Source: Alphaproteobacteria bacterium (GTDB taxonomy: Bacteria; Pseudomonadota; Alphaproteobacteria; Caulobacterales; Aquidulcibacteraceae). Taken from it: DNA of 64,000 nucleotides. Shown piece after piece: positions 38,180-47,498 of the stretch (the stretch's first letter is position 1; each line of letters begins with the position of its first letter). The position numbers and the translations under genes were made by a program. The DNA lies in NCBI GenBank assembly GCA_030430715.1, contig JAUIJZ010000008.1, positions 1,450-65,449 on the forward strand, written 5' to 3'. The notes beneath the pieces are model-generated. The model ran no database searches, was not told the origin of the DNA, and worked only from the letters and a program-made list of their open reading frames with translations.

Positions 38180-39025
38180 TTAGCGCGGCAGCTCCCGCCG
38201 CGCCAGGAAGGCGAGGCGTTCGAACAGCTGCACGTCGGCTTCGTTTTTCAGCAGCGCGCCATGCAGCGGCGGGATCAGCTTGTTTGGATCGGCGCGCAGC
38301 GTCTCGGGATCGATGTCATCCGTCATCAGCAGCTTCAGCCAGTCGAGCAATTCGCTGGTACTCGGTTTCTTCTTCAGGCCGGGCGCCTTGCGGATATTGT
38401 AGAAGACGGTGAGCGCTTCGTTGACGAGGCGTGTCTTCACCCCGGGGAAGTGCGCTTCGATGATGGCGCGCATCGTCTCTTCCTCGGGAAAGCTGATATA
38501 ATGGAAGAAGCAGCGGCGCAGGAACGCGTCGGGCAATTCCTTCTCATTGTTCGACGTGATCATGATGATCGGGCGCTGCGCGGCCTTGATCGTCTTGTTC
38601 AGCTCATAGACATAGAATTCCATGCGATCGAGCTCCTGCAGGAGATCGTTCGGGAATTCGATGTCGGCTTTGTCGATCTCGTCGATCAGCAGGAGCGGAC
38701 GCGTGGGGCTCTCGAAGGCGTCCCAAAGCTTGCCGCGTTTGATGTAATTGGAAATGTCGGCGGCGCGCGCGTCGCCCAGCTGGCTGTCGCGCAGACGCAT
38801 GACCGCATCGTATTCATAAAGGCCCTGGGTGGCCTTGGTCGTAGATTTGATGTGCCATTCGATCAGCGGCGCGCCGAGCGCCTTGGCGGCCTCGATGGCG
38901 AGCATGGTTTTGCCGGTGCCGGGCTCGCCCTTGACCAGCAAGGGCCGCTCCAGCTTGATCGCCGCGTTGACGGCGACCTTCAGGTCTTCCGTGGCGACAT
39001 AGCCCTCTGTTCCTTCAAATCGCAT
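38180..39025 (-). CDS. MoxR family AAA+ ATPase
   Basis: GEPGTGKT, LLIDEIDK, ELPDAFLRRC. Confidence 0.95.
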   Translation of the reverse strand: MRFEGTEGYVATEDLKVAVNAAIKLERPLLVKGEPGTGKTMLAIEAAKALGAPLIEWHIKSTTKATQGLYEYDAVMRLRDSQLGDARAADISNYIKRGKLWDAFESPTRPLLLIDEIDKADIEFPNDLLQELDRMEFYVYELNKTIKAAQRPIIMITSNNEKELPDAFLRRCFFHYISFPEEETMRAIIEAHFPGVKTRLVNEALTVFYNIRKAPGLKKKPSTSELLDWLKLLMTDDIDPETLRADPNKLIPPLHGALLKNEADVQLFERLAFLARRELPR

Positions 39026-39147
39026 CTGTGCTCCTGGTGTTTCGTGTCAGGAATAAGCAATGCTTACAGCTGAGCGCAACAAGCGGTTAACCAAACGGGG
39101 CGACTCTGCGCCAAAACGCGCTCCCAGAAGCGGGAGGAGGGGCCCCG

Positions 39148-39579
39148 ATGCCGCTAAAGCTGTCCTTGCGTCCAGGCGAGAAGTTCGTCGTCAATGGCGC
39201 TGTCGTGCAGAACGGTGACCGCCGTGCTGCCCTGGTCTTGCAGAACAAAGCTTCCGTGCTGCGGGAGAAGGACATCATGCAGCCCGACGAGGCGGATACG
39301 CCGGCGAAGCGGATCTATTTCCCCGTCATGCTTATGTATCTCGACGAGCAGGCCAAGGATAAGGCGCACGCCGAATTCGCGGCGCGGCTGGCCGAGTTTA
39401 TGGGCGCTGTGCGGGATCCGGCTGTACTGTCAGAATGCGTCGGCGTTTCCAAAGAAGTAATGGCTGGCGAATATTACCGGGCGCTCATGCGCTGCCGTCG
39501 GCTGATTGCCTATGAGGCGGAGCGCTTGGGGCAGGCGGATGTCAATCAAAGCATACCAGCGCGCAGCCACGCAGGCTGA
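39148..39579 (+). CDS. flbT: Flagellin translational regulator FlbT
   Basis: MPLKLSLRPGEKFVVNGAV, LREKDIM.P..ADTP..RIYF. Confidence 0.93.
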   Translation: MPLKLSLRPGEKFVVNGAVVQNGDRRAALVLQNKASVLREKDIMQPDEADTPAKRIYFPVMLMYLDEQAKDKAHAEFAARLAEFMGAVRDPAVLSECVGVSKEVMAGEYYRALMRCRRLIAYEAERLGQADVNQSIPARSHAG

Positions 39580-39886
39580 CTCGCCGCGCGAACTGGAATA
39601 TCGCGCGTTTGGTCAGGTCACGGCTGGGCTTGTGCGCTTACAGCAAGAGGATGCGTCGCCGACGCAGCGCGCGGAGGCGCTCGACGCCAATCGCCGTCTC
39701 TGGGGCGTGCTTTCCGCTGATTGCAGCGTGCCGGAAAATCAATTGCCGCTTCAACTGCGTGGTCAGATCATCGCGCTTGCGCTTTGGGTGGCGCGCTACT
39801 CAAGCGAAGTGCTGCGCGATGGCGCTGATGTCGAGCCTCTGATCGACATCAATCGCACGATGATGGAAGGCCTCGCGGCGCGCTGA
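39539..39886 (+). CDS. flaF: Flagellar biosynthesis regulator FlaF
   Basis: AYQ....SPRELEY.AF, AL..NRRLW, N.LP..LR..II.L, LIDINR..M.GL. Confidence 0.93.
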   Translation: MSIKAYQRAATQADSPRELEYRAFGQVTAGLVRLQQEDASPTQRAEALDANRRLWGVLSADCSVPENQLPLQLRGQIIALALWVARYSSEVLRDGADVEPLIDINRTMMEGLAAR

Positions 39887-39887
39887 G

Positions 39888-39925
39888 CCGGGCAAAATTT
39901 GCCGGCTGCTAGGCTGAATTTGCCG
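39888..39925. promoter_or_regulatory. Putative ftr (FlbD-binding) enhancer elements upstream of flagellin
   Basis: CCGGGCAAAATTTGCCGG dyad followed by a second AATTTGCCG, about 130 bp upstream of a sigma54-like promoter. Confidence 0.6.
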
Positions 39926-40023
39926 CTGGAAAAAGCCCGAATCGTTTCGGGCCGTGACGAGACGTTAACCTCCGTCCCTTAGAAACCCACGCAGCGCGAG
40001 GTGCTCTCTTCATTTCTTGAAGG

Positions 40024-40039
40024 GGGCGCGCAGTTTGCT
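40024..40039 (+). promoter_or_regulatory. Sigma54 -24/-12 promoter for flagellin
   Basis: GGGCGC-N5-TTGCT, correct GG-N10-GC spacing. Confidence 0.6.
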
Positions 40040-40110
40040 TCCACGCGTTGCGGGCAGGAACGCCCAACCGGCTAAAATGGCCGGAAACACATGTCCAGAA
40101 GGACCTATAA

Positions 40111-41352
40111 ATGACTAGCGTCAACACCAATTATGGTGCGCTTGTTGCGCTCCAATCGCTCAATCAAACAACCCGCGATCTCGCTGAAGTCCAAAACCGC
40201 GTCAACACCGGCCTCAAGGTCGCGTCGGCGAAGGACAACGGCGCTGTGTTCGCTATCGCTGAAGGTCAACGCGCGCGCGTTGCTTCATTGAGCGCGGTGA
40301 CGGACGGCATCGACCGTGCGACCTCCGTGATCGACGTCGGCTTGTCGGCCGGCGAAGCCATCGGCGACATTCTGAAGCAATTGAAAGACAAGGCGGTTGC
40401 CGCGCAAGCGAACGACCTCAGCCAAGATCAGCGCGACGCGCTGCAAGCTGACTTCGCCGCGCTGCGCGACCAGATCAACCAGATCGCCAACGCCGCGACG
40501 TTCAACGGTTCGAACCTCGTCAACGGCACCAACCTGACGGGCGGCTCGTCCGCGTTCTCCGTGCTGACGTCCGACATTGGCGGCACGGCTGGCGCCTACG
40601 AACTGGATGGCTTGACGGTTGGTCTGCATTCGTCGTCGGAAACGCTGGCGAACGCGACGGGCCTCACGATCAACGCCAACGACGTTCTGTCGTTCACGAT
40701 CACCAATGGCAATGAAACGACGACCTTCACGGTCGACGTCGAAGCTGCTGACACGATCCAAGAGTTCGTCGACAGCGTCGGCACCGCTTCGGGCGGCCGC
40801 GTGACGGCGACCTACGACGATACGACCGGTGTGATCAGCTACCATTCGTCTGAAGACTTCACCGTGACGTTCGAAGACGGCGCTGGCGCCGGCGTCGACG
40901 ACGACGGCTTCTTCGACGGCACCGACGGCGCAACAGGCACGTCGTTTACGCAAGTCGTGGCGCCGGGCGCGGGCAGCAACACGCTGACCGTTTCGGGCTT
41001 TGACTTCCGTCTCGGCACGTCTGGCCAAGCTCTCGCCGGCCTGACTTCGTCCCTCGACATTTCGACGGCGAATGGCGGCGCGCTTGCTTCCGACGCCATC
41101 GACACCGCGCTGACCAACCTCAACAAGGACCTGGCCACGCTCGGTGCGCAGTCGAAGGCGCTGGAAGTGCAAAAAACCTTCTTGGGCAAGCTGTCTGACT
41201 CGATCGAAGCCGGTATCGGCAACCTGGTCGATGCGGATCTCGCCAAGGAATCTGCTCGCCTGCAAGCGCTGCAAGTCAAGCAGCAACTGGGCGCGCAAGC
41301 ATTGTCGATCGCCAACTCGGCGCCGTCGATCGTGCTGTCGTTCTTCCGCTAA
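40111..41352 (+). CDS. Flagellin
   Basis: SVNTNYGALVALQSL, TGLKVASAKDN, C-terminal LVDADLAKESARLQALQVKQQLG. Confidence 0.97.
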   Translation: MTSVNTNYGALVALQSLNQTTRDLAEVQNRVNTGLKVASAKDNGAVFAIAEGQRARVASLSAVTDGIDRATSVIDVGLSAGEAIGDILKQLKDKAVAAQANDLSQDQRDALQADFAALRDQINQIANAATFNGSNLVNGTNLTGGSSAFSVLTSDIGGTAGAYELDGLTVGLHSSSETLANATGLTINANDVLSFTITNGNETTTFTVDVEAADTIQEFVDSVGTASGGRVTATYDDTTGVISYHSSEDFTVTFEDGAGAGVDDDGFFDGTDGATGTSFTQVVAPGAGSNTLTVSGFDFRLGTSGQALAGLTSSLDISTANGGALASDAIDTALTNLNKDLATLGAQSKALEVQKTFLGKLSDSIEAGIGNLVDADLAKESARLQALQVKQQLGAQALSIANSAPSIVLSFFR

Positions 41353-41368
41353 GAGCGATTACGGAAGA

Positions 41369-41392
41369 GGCGGGGAGCGCAAGCTCCCCGCC
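41369..41392 (+). terminator. Stem-loop after flagellin (terminator or stabiliser)
   Basis: GGCGGGGAGC-GCAA-GCTCCCCGCC, 10 bp stem with GNRA loop; weak U tract. Confidence 0.6.
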
Positions 41393-41413
41393 GATTTCCG
41401 GTGAGAGGGTCCG

Positions 41414-41716
41414 ATGGACTCGATTGGATCACAAAGACCGGCCTCCGAGCCGCACCTGACGCCGCAAAAGGCAGCGTTGAACGAGTCTGGTGATGCAGCC
41501 CAAATCAAGCGGCCGGATGTTGACCAGCACGCTGTTGCACTCCGCAACGAATTATTGCCCGACAAATTGCTGGTCCGCCTTGACGCTGAGGCTCAGCGTT
41601 TCGTGCAGACCTTGACGGATCCAAACACCGAGGAGACTGTGCGACGCTATCCTAGCGAAGCGCAGCTCGCTTATTCGCGCGCGGTAATGGCCTATCTTCG
41701 CGCTCTAGAGTCGTAA
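41414..41716 (+). CDS. FlaG-like flagellar protein
   Basis: L..D....RFV..L.DP.T.E.VRRYPSE. Confidence 0.7.
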   Translation: MDSIGSQRPASEPHLTPQKAALNESGDAAQIKRPDVDQHAVALRNELLPDKLLVRLDAEAQRFVQTLTDPNTEETVRRYPSEAQLAYSRAVMAYLRALES

Positions 41717-41753
41717 ACGAATAGTAAAAAACACAGACGCCGAGCCAATCGCG

Positions 41754-41768
41754 TTAATGTTTCGTTAA
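41754..41768. promoter_or_regulatory. CtrA-binding box
   Basis: Perfect TTAA-N7-TTAA (TTAATGTTTCGTTAA) 85 bp upstream of the 41854 start. Confidence 0.7.
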
Positions 41769-41853
41769 CGTATTTACGCTTTCTTCACCTTCGCGGCGAA
41801 ACGCAGCGCGTGCATTCGCGTCATACGCGCGCGCATCCGAAGGAGCGGAAGCA

Positions 41854-42573
41854 ATGGTCTCAAGCATTGTCCCTGGAGCCCCTGGCGCCGGATTAGCAGT
41901 TGATCCGCGGGCAACGCGTTCAATGCCGCTTGGATCGTCGGAAAAGCATGAGGTCGCGAACCAGAGAAACGACAGCGTTGATGTAGGTGACGCGGCCAGT
42001 TGGGCTGCGTCGCGGGAGAGCGTCCGCGTCGGTTTATCTTACGTGCGCGAAGCGCTGACATTGGCGCGCGAAGCGCAGATCATGCTGCTTCAGGTGCAAT
42101 CATTGGTTCAGAACGAAGGCCCGCAGGGTGATCTCGACGCATTGCTGCAGAGTTACGCTGAGCGTGCGGAGCAGGCCGCGCGCGATAGCGCCGGTCTTAC
42201 GGATGGTGGCGACGTCTCGGTTTCTGCTGAGCCCGGCGCGCCGCCTGCGCGCATAGATGGTGTTGATTTGCGTCTTGGCGGGCAGGTGATCGCGCTCGCG
42301 GGTGATGCGGCACTCGCCGACGGCATTTTCGATACCGCTCAGCGCTCATTTGAAGCTCTGCAGGCCGCCACGGAGCGTTTGATGTCGGCTGCGCGGGCGC
42401 TGGAAGCGCATCAGGGAATCCTCGGCGCTGCTGAAGGAGCGCTTGCCGCTAATCCCGATCTTGATGCGGACGGTGCGAGGCTGCTGGCTTTGCAAGTGCG
42501 CCAGGGGCTTTCGGGAGGCGGAGCGATCGCAAACGTTGAGCCGCAGGCCGTGTTGGCGCTATTCCGGAATTAA
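41854..42573 (+). CDS. Degenerate flagellin-like protein
   Basis: C-terminus DLDADGARLLALQVRQGL...IANVEPQAVLALFR aligns with the flagellin C-terminus; N-terminus is not flagellin-like. Confidence 0.7.
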   Translation: MVSSIVPGAPGAGLAVDPRATRSMPLGSSEKHEVANQRNDSVDVGDAASWAASRESVRVGLSYVREALTLAREAQIMLLQVQSLVQNEGPQGDLDALLQSYAERAEQAARDSAGLTDGGDVSVSAEPGAPPARIDGVDLRLGGQVIALAGDAALADGIFDTAQRSFEALQAATERLMSAARALEAHQGILGAAEGALAANPDLDADGARLLALQVRQGLSGGGAIANVEPQAVLALFRN

Positions 42574-42584
42574 GCGGCCGCTAC

Positions 42585-43754
42585 CTAGAGCGGGTTCCAA
42601 TTGCTGCTTGATATGTCGACCAACTCGCCGCCGTATTCGTCGTCGCGCATACGTTGCCAGACTCGTCGGCAAATTCGGAACAGCATGTAGCAGATCATGC
42701 CGATCATTCCGAGCGCCGCCGCCGCACTGATGGCGATGGCGGTGGCAAGGTCGCGCGTCATTGTCAGTTCACCACGCGCTGACCTGAGGAGACGCTCGTC
42801 GCGCGGCAAACGCTTGGCTGCGGCCGCTGCCCGGTCTTGTCCTGCTTGCGCCAGCAAGCTGAGACGCGGCAGGTCTGCGAGTGTGTGTGCGTGTGTAAGC
42901 AAAGCTGCGGCGCCGGCCAGTGAAGCGGTTTCGGCCATGCCGCCTATGACCGCGAGTGTTTCCTTCAGCGTGTCCATTTGCTCAAGGCTCAGCGTTTGGC
43001 GAAATGCCGCCGAAGCGTTGACGTAAGCAGCGGCATCGCCATCGCCGGCGCCTTCGGTCGCAGCTAAACGGAAAGCCGCGCGCGGGGCGGCGGCTTCAAT
43101 TTGGGTTGCGACGTCGTAGGCAAGGTCGGCGGGGTAATCATCCCGCCGGCTTGCGGCCAACAAAGCAGCCGCGCCTCGATCTACGTTGGCAGTTACGTCT
43201 CCGGCTAATCCGAGGGCGATGCCAGTTAGGACAAACTGAAGCGCATCCGAATTTGAGTCGGCCAGCATGTTGCGCGCGAGCAATTCGAAATTTCGCTCAT
43301 CAGCCAACAATCCAGCGCCGTTTGGATCTCGGCGTTCAGCAGCGCCGCTCGCCGCACGGCGCGACAAGAGCGGCACAGTCGCCTCGTAGCGTGCCCGCGT
43401 GCCTGGGGTGAGCAATTCGAGGGCGGCGAGTTCGAGCTCAGCGTCATTTTCGGATCGCCGCAACTGGCTGGCTTGCCGGCCCGAGATCATGCCAGGGGCG
43501 GAAAGCAGGAAGCCGCGTGCGGCGGCGACGTCTCCAGCCATCAACTCCATGGCCACCAGATCGTCCCATTGGCGCTCGCGGTCGAAATCCAATTGGATAA
43601 GCTCGCCGTTCAGCCGCTCAATTCGTTGCCGCACGACGCGAGCGCCCGCATCGGAATACTCGTAGGCGTAGAGTTGATCTCTTTCGACGATCAGGAACGC
43701 GCTGGCCGCAGCTAAGGGCAGCAATAGCAGGCACAGATTGAAGGCAAACGCCAT
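42585..43754 (-). CDS. Hypothetical membrane protein (N- and C-terminal TM helices)
   Basis: About 390 aa Ala/Leu-rich helical ORF with normal codon pattern; no motif recognised. Confidence 0.7.
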   Translation of the reverse strand: MAFAFNLCLLLLPLAAASAFLIVERDQLYAYEYSDAGARVVRQRIERLNGELIQLDFDRERQWDDLVAMELMAGDVAAARGFLLSAPGMISGRQASQLRRSENDAELELAALELLTPGTRARYEATVPLLSRRAASGAAERRDPNGAGLLADERNFELLARNMLADSNSDALQFVLTGIALGLAGDVTANVDRGAAALLAASRRDDYPADLAYDVATQIEAAAPRAAFRLAATEGAGDGDAAAYVNASAAFRQTLSLEQMDTLKETLAVIGGMAETASLAGAAALLTHAHTLADLPRLSLLAQAGQDRAAAAAKRLPRDERLLRSARGELTMTRDLATAIAISAAAALGMIGMICYMLFRICRRVWQRMRDDEYGGELVDISSSNWNPL

Positions 43755-43940
43755 CAGCACGCCTGGCGGCGCGCGATGATTGGAGCTGTGCGCCCGCACT
43801 GGGCGCCATGCCCTGGATGGCTTCGCGTGCTTCATTCTCCCCCGTGCGGTTCCCTAACAAACCGACCCAAACGAGGCAGAGCAAGATGAATTACAGGAAA
43901 GGCGAATTCATCACCGGAGAGGGGCGTAATCGCGGCAGAA

Positions 43941-44384
43941 TTAAGCTTGTCGATCCAGTACGGCGGGGGTCGGCGATGCAGACGCCTCGATGCTGCCGCC
44001 TGAACCGTAATTCGCGCCGCCGCTGCGCTGGCGGACAACTTCCTCGGCCATCGCGTGAACGAGGCCCTCGGCCACCGCTTTAATGGCGTCTAGCGCAACC
44101 TCATGGCTGTGCAGCACATCCTGCAATTGAGCCGTGCGCTCTCGCAATTGAGCGAGCAGAGGGCCAGGGGCCGTATCGATGAGCTGTGGCTCCTGCTTTA
44201 TGCGCGCGAGCTCAAGGCGATAGGCATTGGCGAGACGCTGTTTTTCTTCGGCCTCGGCGCCGTCAAGCGGTGGCTCGCGCGCATCGATGCGCCGGGTTTC
44301 CTCGACGATGAGCGCCATGAGGCGCTCTGTAACCAGCAGCAATTGCTCTGCGCGGTCGGTGGGATCGTTAGCGATCAGAGCCAT
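43941..44384 (-). CDS. FlgN-like flagellar chaperone
   Basis: Helical 147 aa, EKQRLA..Y, C-terminal YG..G; downstream of flgI-flgJ; GAGGAG RBS. Confidence 0.65.
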   Translation of the reverse strand: MALIANDPTDRAEQLLLVTERLMALIVEETRRIDAREPPLDGAEAEEKQRLANAYRLELARIKQEPQLIDTAPGPLLAQLRERTAQLQDVLHSHEVALDAIKAVAEGLVHAMAEEVVRQRSGGANYGSGGSIEASASPTPAVLDRQA

Positions 44385-44712
44385 CGGGCGTCTCCTCTCG
44401 CGGCTGAATGACGGTTTGCATGCGGGTTAGTTCCGCCACGATGCTGTCGGCGATGCCTATGCCGCCCGCATTGGCGATGGCATTGGCATATTGCTCCACC
44501 AGCATTGGGCGGAACATGCGCTCGCCAGCGCCGCCGCCGCCTAAGCCATCTGTTTCCAGACTGTCGAACATCGGAGCCAGCATTTCGGACAAAAACACCG
44601 CTTCGAATTCCTCGGCAACGCGGCGCACCTCTGCATTCGGCTGGGTGGGCTCGCGCCGGGTCGGCGTGGGCGCCATGGGCAATGGCGCGCCGGGTGGGGC
44701 GATATCGCTCAT
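44368..44712 (-). CDS. flgJ: FlgJ-like rod-binding protein without muramidase domain
   Basis: AEEFEAVFL..ML, GGG.GE..FR.ML..QYA, GGIGIAD. Confidence 0.8.
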   Translation of the reverse strand: MSDIAPPGAPLPMAPTPTRREPTQPNAEVRRVAEEFEAVFLSEMLAPMFDSLETDGLGGGGAGERMFRPMLVEQYANAIANAGGIGIADSIVAELTRMQTVIQPREETPDGSDR

Positions 44713-45851
44713 CACATCACCTCGATTTCAGCTTGAACGGCGCCGGCGGCTTTGAGGGCCTGCAGGATCGAAATCATGTCGCGGGGGCTGACGCCGAGTG
44801 CGTTGAGACCGTTCACGAGCTGGCGCAGCGGCACGCCGCCCGGCACCATGACAAGTCCCCCATTATCTTCTTCTTCAACGTCGATGCCGGTCTGCGGCAC
44901 GATGACGGTCTCACCGCGGCTGAACGGCGCCGGCTGGCTGACAAACGGGTCCTCACTGACCGAAATTGTCAGATTGCCCTGTGCAATCGCAACAGTCGAC
45001 ACGCGGACATTGTCGCCCATGACGACAATGCCGGAGCTTTCATCGATGACGATGCGGGCGGGCGTATCGACTTCGACTTCGAGGTTTTCGATGCGCCCGA
45101 CCAGAGAGACCATATCGCCAGCGTATTCTGTGGGGCGCTGCAGGATTACCGAACCTGGATTGGCTGCGCGCGCTGCTTCGACGCCGACGGCCGAGTTAAT
45201 AGCGGCGGCAATTCGTTGAGCGGTTGTGAAATCTGGATTGCGCAGCGCGAGGCGCAGCTCGCGTTGAGCTGCGATGTCAAAATGAATTTCCCGTTCGACC
45301 AAGGCGCCAGAAGCGATGCGGCCGGCCGTGGGCACGCCGCGTGTTACGGATGAGCCTGATTGCCCGCCGGCCGAAAAGCCGCCAATGGCGAGCGAACCCT
45401 GCGCCACCGCATAGATTTGCTGATCGGCGCCCATAAGCGGGGTCACGAGCAATTGTCCTCCGGCAAGACTGCGCGCGTCGCCGAGCGCAGAAACCGTAAC
45501 ATCGATGCGTGAGCCCTGTGACGCGAAGGGGGGGAGATTGGCTGTGACCATCACCGCGGCAACATTGCGGGTGTTGAGATTGCCATTCTGCGCATTAACG
45601 CCGAGACGCTCCAGCATGGCGGCCAAGCTCTGCCGGGTGAAAGGCGAGTTGCGCAACGAGTCGCCGGTGCCTGCGAGCCCGACCACCAAGCCGTATCCGA
45701 CCAATTGGTTTTCTCGCACGCCCTCGAAGTCAGCCACATCCTTGATGCGTGGCCCAGCCCATGCGCTTGGAGCAGCAATAGGCGCTGTAATCGCCGCGAC
45801 GGAGGCGACAGCGAGAAGCGCTTGGCGCGCCGTCCGTGAAAGCAAACCCAT
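44712..45851 (-). CDS. flgI: Flagellar P-ring protein
   Basis: RIKD...EGVRENQLVGYGLVVGL.GTGD, C-terminal ILQALKAAGA..AE. Confidence 0.95.
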   Translation of the reverse strand: MGLLSRTARQALLAVASVAAITAPIAAPSAWAGPRIKDVADFEGVRENQLVGYGLVVGLAGTGDSLRNSPFTRQSLAAMLERLGVNAQNGNLNTRNVAAVMVTANLPPFASQGSRIDVTVSALGDARSLAGGQLLVTPLMGADQQIYAVAQGSLAIGGFSAGGQSGSSVTRGVPTAGRIASGALVEREIHFDIAAQRELRLALRNPDFTTAQRIAAAINSAVGVEAARAANPGSVILQRPTEYAGDMVSLVGRIENLEVEVDTPARIVIDESSGIVVMGDNVRVSTVAIAQGNLTISVSEDPFVSQPAPFSRGETVIVPQTGIDVEEEDNGGLVMVPGGVPLRQLVNGLNALGVSPRDMISILQALKAAGAVQAEIEVM

Positions 45852-45874
45852 ATTGCGGGTAGAAAGCGGTTCGG

Positions 45875-45889
45875 TTAACGGCGAGTTCA
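45875..45889. promoter_or_regulatory. Near-consensus CtrA box between flgI and fliX
   Basis: TTAA-N7-TTCA (one mismatch); fliX is a CtrA-dependent class II gene in Caulobacter. Confidence 0.45.
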
Positions 45890-45939
45890 TCGGCGGATCG
45901 TTAAGCGACTAGAAACAGCAGCAGCCAAGAGTCGGGTGC

Positions 45940-46359
45940 ATGAAGATTCAGAGTGGACGCGGCGTGACGCCCACGGGTGGGCCCAGGCGCACCGGCGCTT
46001 CTTCCGGCGCCTCGGATTTCACCCCAGCTGTGGATGGGGCCCAGAAACTGGCGGGCGCCTCAGGCGCGGCGCCGGTGGCGTCTCTAGATGCGATCTTGGC
46101 GCTTCAATCGGAAGAGGGACCATCTGAACGTGGCGCGCGGCAGGCGCGGCGCGGGCAAGCTTCGCTCGATGCACTGGAAGAGCTTGAAAAGGCGTTGTTG
46201 TTGGGGCGCGCACCGGCAGCTCTTGCCAATGAATTGCAACGCCTGCGGGCGGGGGGCGAGCGGACAGGACACTCTGACCTCGACGCGATTCTTCTTGAAA
46301 TCGACACACGGGTGGCGGTGGAGCTGGCCAAGTTGGAAAAAATGCAGGCGCCAGCCTGA
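45940..46359 (+). CDS. fliX: Flagellar assembly regulator FliX
   Basis: SLDAILALQ, RG...LD.LEEL...LL.G, EID.R..VELAK; divergent from flgI. Confidence 0.88.
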   Translation: MKIQSGRGVTPTGGPRRTGASSGASDFTPAVDGAQKLAGASGAAPVASLDAILALQSEEGPSERGARQARRGQASLDALEELEKALLLGRAPAALANELQRLRAGGERTGHSDLDAILLEIDTRVAVELAKLEKMQAPA

Positions 46360-46483
46360 CGTTGCGCCGTAACTTACGGATTTTAGGGCGACAATGCCCT
46401 GCAGTGGCGCCTTCCTTGCTCCATGGACGCCGGTCAAGACCGCGGTTATAAGGCGCCCGCGTCTGGGCGCCGGGAGTGCGGGC

Positions 46484-46900
46484 ATGCGTTCGACCACGAT
46501 GAAGGAATATCGGCCGAGCGACGACGAGCCGTTCATGAATGAACGGCAGCGTGACTATTTTCGGCATAAGCTCAATGAGTGGAAGGAAGAGATCCTGGAG
46601 GAATCGCGCTCCACGATCGCCTCCCTCAAGCAGGATACCGTTGCCGAACCGGATCTCGCCGATCGCGCCACGAGCGAATCCGACCGCGCCCTTGAGCTGC
46701 GTACCCGAGATCGCCAGCGCAAACTGATCTCTAAGATCGACGAAGCGCTCCGGCGCATCGAAGACGGCTCCTACGGGTATTGCGAGGAGACGGGCGAGCC
46801 GATTTCGCTTTCGCGCCTGGAGGCGCGCCCCATAGCTACGCTTTCGCTCGAGGCGCAGGAACGGCATGAGCGCCGTGAACGAGTGCATCGCGACAGCTGA
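46484..46900 (+). CDS. dksA: RNA polymerase-binding protein DksA
   Basis: YRPSDDEPFMN, DLADRATSE, YGYCEETGEPI...RLEARP.A. Confidence 0.95.
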   Translation: MRSTTMKEYRPSDDEPFMNERQRDYFRHKLNEWKEEILEESRSTIASLKQDTVAEPDLADRATSESDRALELRTRDRQRKLISKIDEALRRIEDGSYGYCEETGEPISLSRLEARPIATLSLEAQERHERRERVHRDS

Positions 46901-46922
46901 TCTCAAGAGCTAGGTGCTCGTC

Positions 46923-47381
46923 ATGCTCTATCACGACGCTGGCCTTGCTTGGCTCCACTTCGTTTTTGCTTTCATTCTTGTCGGCGCGCTGTTTGCGGAA
47001 GCCGTGCTTTTGCGTCTGCCGGTTGATGCGCGGATGGCGCGCGTGCTGTTGCGCGTAGATTTATTCTACGGCGCTTCTGCGGTGTTGCTTATCTTAGCCG
47101 GCATTTCGCGCGTCGTATGGGGCGCGAAGGGGTGGGCGTTCTATGAGGCGCAACCCTTCTTCTGGGCCAAGATGGCGACGTTCGCCGTGATCGGCCTGCT
47201 GTCGATTGGGCCGACGCGGAGCTTCATGCGCTGGGTTCGCGAAGCGAAAGCGGATACGGGCTTTGTCGTGTCCGGGGAGGAAGCGAAGCGCGTGCGGCGA
47301 ATGGTGATGATCGAGGTGCATGTCGTCGCATTATTGCTTCTGTTCGCAAGTCTGATGGCGCGGGGCGTAGGCGGCGCTTAA
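46923..47381 (+). CDS. DUF2214-like membrane protein
   Basis: Four TMs, DLFYG..A, KG..FY...P.FW.K. Confidence 0.75.
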   Translation: MLYHDAGLAWLHFVFAFILVGALFAEAVLLRLPVDARMARVLLRVDLFYGASAVLLILAGISRVVWGAKGWAFYEAQPFFWAKMATFAVIGLLSIGPTRSFMRWVREAKADTGFVVSGEEAKRVRRMVMIEVHVVALLLLFASLMARGVGGA

Positions 47382-47498
47382 TCGCTGCAACCTAGCCTTG
47401 AGGCGGCGTGGTGCGTGCTGTTTAGGACGAAGGACCGCCAAACATGCCGACCATCACAGGCTTCAAGCTCAGCCGATCGCGAACAGGGCCCGTCACGC

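Noticed and set aside
39076-39090. TTAA-N7-TTGC near flbT and a similar one at 50505-50519 before fliL as CtrA boxes
   Set aside because: Two mismatches in one half-site; plausible for class II promoters but too weak to call from sequence alone
40285-41298. 337 aa antisense ORF inside flagellin, and similar shadows over moxR (38063-39073), fliM (50979-52022) and the CMD gene (24341-25321)
   Set aside because: Same codon-bias artefact; no RBS or recognisable domains
45852-45890. Longer flgI start at 45890
   Set aside because: Would cover the CtrA-like box and give an over-long signal peptide; 45851 preferred, though not proven
46484-46900. DksA with a single Cys instead of a four-Cys zinc finger
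   Set aside because: Normal for alphaproteobacterial DksA
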